DNA of 53,980 bases from Stellaceae bacterium (GTDB lineage: Bacteria; Pseudomonadota; Alphaproteobacteria; ATCC43930; CGMCC-115725), in the NCBI GenBank assembly GCA_035938015.1, contig DASZHJ010000241.1, positions 1 to 53,980 on the forward strand, given 5' to 3'. This document shows positions 38,268 to 44,964 of this stretch, one piece after another. Position 1 is the first letter of the stretch; every line of letters begins with the position of its first letter. The notes under the pieces are model-generated. The model did not search any database. It was not told the DNA's origin and was given only the letters and a program-made list of their open reading frames with translations. A program made the position numbers and the translations under genes.

Positions 38268-39410
38268 CTACATGCCGAGCTTGGGCAAAATCTCGACGAT
38301 CTTTTGCTTCCCGTCGACGACCTCGCCCAGGAAGCTTGCGCGGTCGATATCGCCGTTCTTGTCCCAGGTCGCCTCCATGAGGATTCCCGGCTCTTGCTGC
38401 GGCGTGATCGTGAGACCGTGGGCGGCCTCGGCAAAGCCTTTGCTGTCGAATTTGCCCATCTTCTCGGTCACGTACTTGATGAAGTAGACGGCAGTGTAGC
38501 CCTTGATCCCGTTATGGTCGCAAACATAGTTGAACCGGGCCTGGAAATGCTTGCCGAAATCCTGCACGGCAGGGATCGGGGCATCGACGGTGAGGCCGAC
38601 ATGGCCGCGCACGCCGTTCGCCGCGTCGCCGGCGAGGTCGATCACTTTCTGACCGAGCAGGGTCGTCTCGCCGATCAACGGCTTGGTGATGCCCTGTTTG
38701 CGAGCCTCGCGCAGGAAGCGCGCGCTTTCCTCTTCGTTGGTATAGACAAAGATCGCGTCGGCATCGGCGGCCTTGAGCTTGACCACGTCGGCGGAGAAAT
38801 CGGTCTGACCGGACTCGGTCGAGATGTCGGCGGCGACCTTGATGTTACGCGCGCCCATCTCCTTGACGAACGTGTCGCGTCCGCCTTTGCCGAAATCGTT
38901 GTTGACCCAGAGGACGGCGACCGATTTCGCCTTGATACCGTCGCGCATGTAGTTGGCAATCTTCGGCATGCTGAATTGCTGGCCGAAAGAAGTCCGGAAA
39001 ACGTAGGGATCGCCCTTCTGGGTGATCGCCGCGGCCTCGCCGCCGACGATTTCCGGAATTTCGGCCTGCTGGGAGAGCAGCATGTCCACCAGCACCGACC
39101 CCGAGAATACCGGTCCGAGAATCACGTAGGGATTGTTGTCGAGCACCTTCTGCAACTGCGCGCGAGAAATGCCCGCATCGCTCTGCGTATCGAGGATCGG
39201 CGTATCGACCCTGCGCCCAAGAATGCCGCCCTTGGCATTGATTTCGTCGATCGCCAGCAGCATGCCATCGCGGAAATTCGTGCCCGAGACCGCGCCGGCG
39301 CCGGAGAGTTCGAGTATGGCGGGAATATAAACGGTGGATTGCGCGAAGGCCGGATCGGCCGCGCCGAGACAGGCAGCGATCATCGAGGCCAGCAATACCG
39401 AACGAATCAT
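38268..39410 (-). CDS. Branched-chain amino acid ABC transporter substrate-binding protein (LivK/LivJ-like, type I PBP)
   Basis: Signal peptide MIRSVLLASMIAACLGAADPAFAQ. ...LSGAGAVSG...AIDEINAKGGILGR... is typical of Leu/Ile/Val-binding proteins. Strong SD GGGAGGGAG. Confidence 0.9.
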   Translation of the reverse strand: MIRSVLLASMIAACLGAADPAFAQSTVYIPAILELSGAGAVSGTNFRDGMLLAIDEINAKGGILGRRVDTPILDTQSDAGISRAQLQKVLDNNPYVILGPVFSGSVLVDMLLSQQAEIPEIVGGEAAAITQKGDPYVFRTSFGQQFSMPKIANYMRDGIKAKSVAVLWVNNDFGKGGRDTFVKEMGARNIKVAADISTESGQTDFSADVVKLKAADADAIFVYTNEEESARFLREARKQGITKPLIGETTLLGQKVIDLAGDAANGVRGHVGLTVDAPIPAVQDFGKHFQARFNYVCDHNGIKGYTAVYFIKYVTEKMGKFDSKGFAEAAHGLTITPQQEPGILMEATWDKNGDIDRASFLGEVVDGKQKIVEILPKLGM

Positions 39411-39681
39411 AGGCTCCCTCCCACGTCATTATGAGCTGCGCCCGATCCAGCGGGCTCCTGCGCCGTGATCCCGCCCACGTGCGCAGGTGCGGACGTTGCT
39501 GAAGCCGCTGCCGCACGTCAATAACAAAGACACGCGTGAAATCGAACACGACGCCTTTTCGCGAGCGAACGCCGGACATTTCGCGTTTCTTATGCCACCG
39601 AGATTTCCATGCCCGGGTGTTGCCGTTCTTCCGCGAGCGTCTCGTCGCGGTGGTGACCTCGGGGTCCAAACTATAGGCGTG

Positions 39682-39712
39682 AAAAACCCGGCGCCGGAGA
39701 ACCGGCACCGGG
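39682..39712 (-). terminator. Rho-independent terminator downstream of the fixK-like gene
   Basis: The minus strand reads CCCGGTGCCGG-TTCT-CCGGCGCCGGG-TTTTT. This is an 11-bp stem (one G-U pair), a 4-nt loop and a U5 tail, about 60 nt after the stop at 39774. Confidence 0.75.
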
Positions 39713-39773
39713 CAGTATGCCCACAATCCAATGAGGGGAGGGAGGAGGACTGCGGGAGAATTCTCGCTCTGGC

Positions 39774-40481
39774 TCAGACGCCTTGCGCCAGCGCCGTCAG
39801 CGCCTCGCGCTTGAGCACGCGCAGCTGATGTGGGCTCTGGGCCTCGATCAGGCCCGCGCTCTTGAGCTGCGCGAAGGTGCGGCAGACCGTTTCTGTCGTG
39901 AGGCCAAGATGGTCGCCGATGTCGCTGCGCGTCATGGGCAAAGGGATGGTGTCGCGATCTTCGCGGCGGCTGCGCGCGGCAATGCGCAACAGAAAGCTCG
40001 CCAGGCGCTCGCGGGCGCTCATGCGGCCCAGCAACAACATGCGGGAGCGTGCCTCGGAAAGCTCTGCGCATAGGCGGTCGAGCAGGAATTTGCCCACGCG
40101 CGGGCTGCGTGAGACCAGAGCGTCAATGATGCGTCGCTCGTACCGGATCACGGTCGTGTCGTTGACAGCCTCGGCGGTACCGCCATGCCGGTCGAGCGCC
40201 TCAACGCCGATGAAGTCGCCTGCCAGCAGGAAATCCGTGATGTGCCGTCGACCGTCCCTAAGCAATTTGAAGCTACGCACCGCGCCAGAAACGATCTTGT
40301 AGTAGCAGTCCGCGGCATCGCCCTCGTAAAAAAGCGTCGCGTCGCGTTTCAGCAAGATAACGCTTCCGAGGGCATCGAGGACGCCCAACTCGCTCTCCTC
40401 CGGATGAGCCGAGTCAGTGTCGGCGATGGCCACCGCGGCGGAAAAGCTGCGTTCGGTATTGTGGTGCCCGGTCCTGAGCAT
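39774..40481 (-). CDS. fixK: Crp/Fnr-family transcriptional regulator, FixK-type (no N-terminal Fe-S cysteine cluster)
   Basis: cNMP-binding-like beta-roll (LFYEGDAADCYYKIVSGAVRSFKLLRDGRRHITDFLLAGDFIG) and a C-terminal HTH, MTRSDIGDHLGLTTETVCRTFAQL, with the E-x-x-(S/C)-R recognition motif. It lacks the FNR Cys-x2-Cys-x5-Cys. The FixK name rests on the adjacent FixJ. Confidence 0.75.
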   Translation of the reverse strand: MLRTGHHNTERSFSAAVAIADTDSAHPEESELGVLDALGSVILLKRDATLFYEGDAADCYYKIVSGAVRSFKLLRDGRRHITDFLLAGDFIGVEALDRHGGTAEAVNDTTVIRYERRIIDALVSRSPRVGKFLLDRLCAELSEARSRMLLLGRMSARERLASFLLRIAARSRREDRDTIPLPMTRSDIGDHLGLTTETVCRTFAQLKSAGLIEAQSPHQLRVLKREALTALAQGV

Positions 40482-40565
40482 GTTTGCGTCCCCTGACGCA
40501 CAGGAGGTCCCCGTGCGCTTAGAGATCTACCGCGGCGCGAGACCCGCCAAAATTCGGAATAGTAC

Positions 40566-40583
40566 CTAAGGGTTTCTACTTAG
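40566..40583. promoter_or_regulatory. Dyad CTAAG-N8-CTTAG upstream of fixK (candidate FixJ-type operator)
   Basis: On the coding strand it reads CTAAGTAGAAACCCTTAG, 85-102 nt upstream of the fixK ATG. It has the same TA(A/C)G-N8-C(T/G)TA architecture as the site at 41064..41083. Confidence 0.35.
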
Positions 40584-40623
40584 CGGGAATGTGGTGCCCG
40601 CGCACCCGCTCAGCGGCAGAATC

Positions 40624-41001
40624 TCAGGCGTCTGCGAGCGCGCGGTCGATCACCGACAGGAGCTCCCGGTCGTCGACCGGCTTCTCGAGGAACGCCATAG
40701 CGCCCAGTTCAAAGGCGCGCTGTCGGGATGCGTCGTCGCTGCGGCCGGTGACGATGACGACGGGAAGCTCCGGGCCGCGCTTTCCAAGCGAGGCCAGGTA
40801 CTCGAGCCCGCCCATCACGGGCAAATGCAGGTCGAGGATAAGGCATGCGCGCGGATGCGGGTGAAAAGCCGCGGCGAAATCGGCTGTCGAGTCGAAATCC
40901 TCTACGGCCATCCCGTGCGCCTCCAGGAGCAAGCGCAACGAGTCGCGCACGGCGTCGTCGTCGTCCACAATGAAGATCAAGGTTCCTGCCGCCTGCGTCA
41001 T
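40624..41001 (-). CDS. Single-domain response regulator (receiver only, FixJ-receiver-like; FixT-like position)
   Basis: ATG 41001, 125 aa. Acidic pocket IVDDDD, phospho-acceptor LILDLHLP, VVIVTG and FLEKP. No output domain. Confidence 0.8.
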   Translation of the reverse strand: MTQAAGTLIFIVDDDDAVRDSLRLLLEAHGMAVEDFDSTADFAAAFHPHPRACLILDLHLPVMGGLEYLASLGKRGPELPVVIVTGRSDDASRQRAFELGAMAFLEKPVDDRELLSVIDRALADA

Positions 41002-41063
41002 TCGTATACCCGGGAACTCGGCCGCGCGAGCCGCAGCCCGCCCTAAACATAAGGGCTCGAGGC

Positions 41064-41083
41064 CCCTGTGCGGCATACGTGAT
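41064..41083. promoter_or_regulatory. Dyad CATACG-N8-CGTATG upstream of the receiver-only gene (candidate FixJ-type operator)
   Basis: CATACGTGATTTCCCGTATG lies 63-82 nt upstream of ATG 41001. It is a perfect 6-bp inverted repeat with an 8-nt spacer containing ATTTCCC. Confidence 0.35.
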
Positions 41084-41173
41084 TTCCCGTATGGGCATAA
41101 GCACTGTTGCGATTTGCCCGAACGTCGTAGGCGAGCGTCCGATGCTGAAATCGGACTAGGTTCAATAAGTTAC

Positions 41174-41794
41174 CTATGCTGGCTTAGGCCCGAGGCCTAC
41201 GGAGAGCGCCATCCGCACGAGGTCCGAAAGCGTACGGGCCTCCATTTTTTCCATGACGCGGGCGCGGTGGATCTCCACCGTCCGCGGGCTGATCGAGAGT
41301 TCGTAGGCGATGATCTTGTTCGGCTTACCGGCGACGAGAGCGTCCAGGACTTCGCGCTCGCGCGGCGTCAGGTGCGCAAGCCGGCCGCCGATCTCGTTGC
41401 CCTCCGCTTCGGCGCGAGCCGTCTCCAGACCAAGACTGAAGGCGCGCCGGATCGCCGCCAGCATCGCTTGCTCCTCGAACGGCTTCTCCACGAAGTCGAC
41501 CGCTCCCGCTTTCATGGCCTTGACGGCAAGCGGCACCTCCGCATGGCCGGTCATCACGATCACGGGAATGCGCCGGCCCCGGCGGGCAAGCTCTTCCTGC
41601 AATTCGAGGCCCCCCATCCCGGGCATGCGCACGTCGATGACGACGCAACCCGGCCCCGACGACGCGGTAATCAGGAACGCGTCCGCGGAGGGGTAAGCCG
41701 CGACGGTGAATCCCGCGGCGCAAAGCAGAAGTGTCAGGGAATCCCGGATCGCCTCGTCGTCGTCGACAACGTGAACGGTCCCTTCTGTCGTCAT
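41174..41794 (-). CDS. fixJ: Two-component response regulator FixJ (receiver + LuxR/FixJ-type HTH)
   Basis: ATG 41794. Receiver VHVVDDDEAIRDSL...VVIDVRMPGMGG...VIVMTGH...FVEKPF. The output domain LTPREREVLDALVAGKPNKIIAYELSISPRTVEIHRARVMEKM is close to rhizobial FixJ. Confidence 0.8.
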   Translation of the reverse strand: MTTEGTVHVVDDDEAIRDSLTLLLCAAGFTVAAYPSADAFLITASSGPGCVVIDVRMPGMGGLELQEELARRGRRIPVIVMTGHAEVPLAVKAMKAGAVDFVEKPFEEQAMLAAIRRAFSLGLETARAEAEGNEIGGRLAHLTPREREVLDALVAGKPNKIIAYELSISPRTVEIHRARVMEKMEARTLSDLVRMALSVGLGPKPA

Positions 41795-41931
41795 CTCAGA
41801 AACCGCCCTTGCGTGCCTGCGGCGGCACGCCAACCAGACACATGCTCGTCAGAGCGTCGAGAGGCTGAGACTCGACCATGGCGTGCAATGGTACACACCG
41901 GCCGCAGCACTGCCTAGGGGGCCGGGGCGGC

Positions 41932-42267
41932 TCAGCCCGGGCCACCACCTCGTGGAGCGTATCCTTTGGCGCTCATGCAATCCGCGATGATGTCGCGGGC
42001 ATGACCTTGGTCCTGCATGGCGAAGGTCTGCTTCTTGGCCTGGAGCGTGTTGTTGTTGCGCCAATCTGTGCCTCGGGTGGCCAAGATGTCCTGGTCGATG
42101 GCGGCATCCTGTCGCGTGGCGGCGCTGGCGAGCGCGCGGCATTCCGCGAGGTCGTCGCTCACGGTGTCGCTGCTGGTCCCGGGCTTGACCCATTGCGGCT
42201 TGCTCGAGCACGCCGCCAGGAGTAGCGCCAAGCCCAGGGCGGAAAACAGGTATTTGCGGGCGGTCAT
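41932..42267 (-). CDS. Small hypothetical lipoprotein
   Basis: 111 aa. Lipobox in MTARKYLFSALGLALLLAAC, plus two further Cys. Good codon bias. No recognisable domain. Confidence 0.55.
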   Translation of the reverse strand: MTARKYLFSALGLALLLAACSSKPQWVKPGTSSDTVSDDLAECRALASAATRQDAAIDQDILATRGTDWRNNNTLQAKKQTFAMQDQGHARDIIADCMSAKGYAPRGGGPG

Positions 42268-42368
42268 GGGCGGCCTGGCATGGAAACGGAAGATTAACCG
42301 ACTAAGCCTTAGAAATCAGCCTGGGGTCCGCTCTTCGCAAGCCCCAACTGAAAGCAGAGCTTCTGCCC

Positions 42369-42638
42369 ATGCCCTTGCCGCACCGCGCTCTTGCCACACT
42401 GGGACTCATCGCCCTTGGCCTTGCTGCCTGCAACGCCTGGCAGGACCGCGCGGAGTTCGCGCCACCCCAAAGCCGCTGGCGCGCGACCGAGCCCTCGCCC
42501 GTTTCCGCCGACGCGCCGCCCCCACCGATTCCCGTGCAGTATTGCTATCGCACGCTGGCAGCGGTGGATTGCTACACCGAGGCGCAACCCGCCCGCGTGA
42601 CCGGGTATACCGGCCAATATCCCAAGCCCGCGGACTGA
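42369..42638 (+). CDS. Small hypothetical lipoprotein
   Basis: 89 aa. Lipobox in MPLPHRALATLGLIALGLAAC, a Pro-rich middle and the Cys pair CYRTLAAVDCY. Divergent from the previous gene. Confidence 0.5.
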   Translation: MPLPHRALATLGLIALGLAACNAWQDRAEFAPPQSRWRATEPSPVSADAPPPPIPVQYCYRTLAAVDCYTEAQPARVTGYTGQYPKPAD

Positions 42639-42716
42639 GGCTCAGGCAAGGCGCGCGTATTTTCCGCCGAAGTGGACGCTGGTTCGGCGCCGAAAATGCG
42701 TCCGAACCGAAGGATC

Positions 42717-43586
42717 TTAGAGCTGGCCCGCCTGAAAATCGCGGATGGCCTGGTGGATCTCGGCATCCGTATTCATGACGAAGGGGCCGTAGCGCGCCAC
42801 CGGCTCGCCGAGTGGGTGGCCCGCGACCACAAGCAGCCGCGCCGTGCTCCCGTCAGCGCGCAACACGACGCCGTCCCCATCGCCCAGAACCGCCAGCGTG
42901 CCCTTCGGCACGGCCGTGCCGTCCGCCCCAACCATGGCGGCGCCCTCGAAGACATAGGCGAAGGCCGCGTGACCCCCGGGGATTGGCACCGGCACCTCGC
43001 TCCCTGCCGGTAGCGTGATGTCGAGATAGAGCGGCTCGGTGGCCGCCGCGTCGATCGGCCCCTGCTGGCCGGCAAAGCGTCCGGCGATGATGCGCACACG
43101 CACGCCGTCGGCGAGCGTTGCCTCGGGGATGGCGCCCGGCTCGTATTCCTGGTAGCGCGGCTCCGTCATCTTGCTCCGCCGGGGCAGGTTGACCCAGAGC
43201 TGAAAGCCCTGCAGCAGCCCATGCTCCTGCTCGGGCATCTCGGAATGCACGATGCCGCGGCCCGCGGTCATCCACTGCACGCTGCCGGGCGTGAGCAGGC
43301 CCTTGTGTCCCTTGTTGTCCTCGTGCCGCACGCGGCCGGCGATCAGATAGGTGACCGTCTCGAAGCCGCGATGCGGATGCTCGGGAAAGCCGGCGATGTA
43401 ATCGCCGGGATTGTCGGAGCGGAACTCATCGAGCAGAAGAAACGGGTCGAGCTCGGAGAGACCGGGCTGGCCGATCACGCGGGTGAGGCGCACGCCCGCG
43501 CCGTCGCTCGCGGGCATGCCGCGGATCACGCGCGCCACTGCGCGCTGGGCGGAATCGGTCGAGGCAAGGAGCGCGGCATCGGCCAT
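42717..43586 (-). CDS. Pirin-family protein
   Basis: ATG 43586. Cupin metal site FPEHPHRGFETVTY and ...GSVQWMTAGRGIVHSE... Bicupin length (289 aa). Confidence 0.9.
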   Translation of the reverse strand: MADAALLASTDSAQRAVARVIRGMPASDGAGVRLTRVIGQPGLSELDPFLLLDEFRSDNPGDYIAGFPEHPHRGFETVTYLIAGRVRHEDNKGHKGLLTPGSVQWMTAGRGIVHSEMPEQEHGLLQGFQLWVNLPRRSKMTEPRYQEYEPGAIPEATLADGVRVRIIAGRFAGQQGPIDAAATEPLYLDITLPAGSEVPVPIPGGHAAFAYVFEGAAMVGADGTAVPKGTLAVLGDGDGVVLRADGSTARLLVVAGHPLGEPVARYGPFVMNTDAEIHQAIRDFQAGQL

Positions 43587-43650
43587 GGTCGGCACCTCCG
43601 GGATTGCCGGTGATACTATCGCACCCAAATGGGGTTATGCCCTGCCGGGA

Positions 43651-43863
43651 TCAACTGGATTTGAGCCCGCTTTCGGTATGCCTGCCCTGCGGTTGCGATC
43701 CGCGCGACGCCAGTTGCGCGATGACCCGACGCTTCTCGTCGGCGCTGAGACGTGGCCACTGGGCGATCTCCTCGATGCTGCGCGCGCAGCCTCGACAGAA
43801 ATGAGTGGCGGGATCGAGCGTGCAAACGCCGACGCAGGGCGAGACCGGTGCGCGATCGCTCAC
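43651..43863 (-). CDS. DUF1289-domain protein (small Cys4, putative Fe-S/zinc protein)
   Basis: Hidden in the C-terminus of the spurious 43651..44394 track ORF. GTG 43863 overlaps the upstream stop (GTGA). (M)SDRAPVSPCVGVCTLDPATHFCRGCARSIEEIAQW is the DUF1289 signature, C-x3-C-x10-C-x2-C. Confidence 0.7.
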   Translation of the reverse strand: MSDRAPVSPCVGVCTLDPATHFCRGCARSIEEIAQWPRLSADEKRRVIAQLASRGSQPQGRHTESGLKSS

Positions 43864-44942
43864 TTCTTTTGCGGAAGCGGCACTGCGGGCGTGCTTTGGG
43901 CTCCCGTTGGTGGCGCCGGTGGCGGTTCCAGGAGATCGTCGACCTTGGTGCGGAGGGCGACCGCCTTGTAGGGTGCGATGCCATAGACCCAGGTCGACCA
44001 GCGCTGGTTCAGCGCGTCCGCTTCGGTCTTGACCTTGTCGTCGCCGCTGCCCGTGGCCGAGAGCCGGATCCAGTCGGTCTCGCCGAGCTTCGCCAGCTCC
44101 ACCTTGACCGCGAGGCCGTCGAAGGTCGTGTAGGTACCGGTGTTGACGCCGTCCTTTGGGAATGCGACATCGCTGGCAGCCTTGACGTCCGTGAGATCGA
44201 AGGCCTGCAGCACAGTCGCGGGCTCCACCATGCCCGTGCCGCTCTTGAGCTTGCGGTTCGGCGGTAGTTCCTTGACCGCGAATTTGTCCTCGGGCTTGTC
44301 GCGAGCGATGGTGAGCTTGGTGCCGTCGAGCTGCTGCAGCACCGCTTCCTTGGTTCGCGTCTCGGCGATGTCGACGATCCGCCGGTCGAGCCACTGCGCG
44401 ATGTCGCTGTCGAGATCGAGCGTGCCGCGCGCGAGCCAGGAGCGCGGCTCGCCCGGAAGCCGCACGTAGACGCCATCATTGCCGCCGCCGAGCTCGTCGA
44501 TCCGGCGCCGGCCCGCGATCACCGAGCCGAGCGCGCCGCCTTGCCCGTCGTAGATCTCGACCTGCGCCGACTGGCTCTTCTCGGCGCTGGGATCCTCGAC
44601 ATTGAGGCGCTTGTAGAGGCTGGGCTCTGCGGTCTTGGGCTCGACATAGGTGATCTCGGCGAGACCGAGCAACATCTTGCGCACCTTGGCGGCGTCCGCG
44701 GGATAGCCGCTCTTCTCCGCGACCGTCCAGGTGTTTCCCTGGCGCACGAAGCTCGCGGTGCCGCTGGACCGCTTCACGATCACCTTGCCGATGTCGCCGA
44801 GCTTGGCCGCGACTTGCGGGAGCACCGGTTTGCCCGCCCGCGGATCCGCGGGACCGGCGCCGCCGGTGAAAGATACCGCGGCTGCGGCAACGACGGAGAT
44901 CGTCGCCACCGCCATCAACGAGATCACGCCCTTGCTGTGCAT
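43860..44942 (-). CDS. DUF4340-domain protein (N-terminally anchored, periplasmic)
   Basis: 360 aa with one N-terminal TM (ISLMAVATISVVAAAAV). Its position directly after a GldG-like gene is the usual DUF4340 context. Family assignment is from memory of that architecture. Confidence 0.7.
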   Translation of the reverse strand: MHSKGVISLMAVATISVVAAAAVSFTGGAGPADPRAGKPVLPQVAAKLGDIGKVIVKRSSGTASFVRQGNTWTVAEKSGYPADAAKVRKMLLGLAEITYVEPKTAEPSLYKRLNVEDPSAEKSQSAQVEIYDGQGGALGSVIAGRRRIDELGGGNDGVYVRLPGEPRSWLARGTLDLDSDIAQWLDRRIVDIAETRTKEAVLQQLDGTKLTIARDKPEDKFAVKELPPNRKLKSGTGMVEPATVLQAFDLTDVKAASDVAFPKDGVNTGTYTTFDGLAVKVELAKLGETDWIRLSATGSGDDKVKTEADALNQRWSTWVYGIAPYKAVALRTKVDDLLEPPPAPPTGAQSTPAVPLPQKK

Positions 44943-44964
44943 GGCTGCCGCTTTCTCCGCTCGC

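Noticed and set aside
39429-39828. Track ORFs 39429..39731 (minus strand) and 39487..39828 (plus strand) in the liv/fixK intergenic region
   Set aside because: They have no SD and no homologous-looking sequence. Their composition is Arg/Gly/Pro-rich. The plus-strand ORF runs antisense into fixK, and the minus-strand ORF spans the fixK terminator. The region is better explained as 3' UTR plus leader RNA.
42302-42312. CTAAGCCTTAG palindrome as a third FixJ-type dyad
   Set aside because: It shares the CTAAG/CTTAG arms, but the spacer is 1 nt rather than 8 nt. It therefore cannot be the same protein-DNA geometry, and the resemblance may be coincidental.
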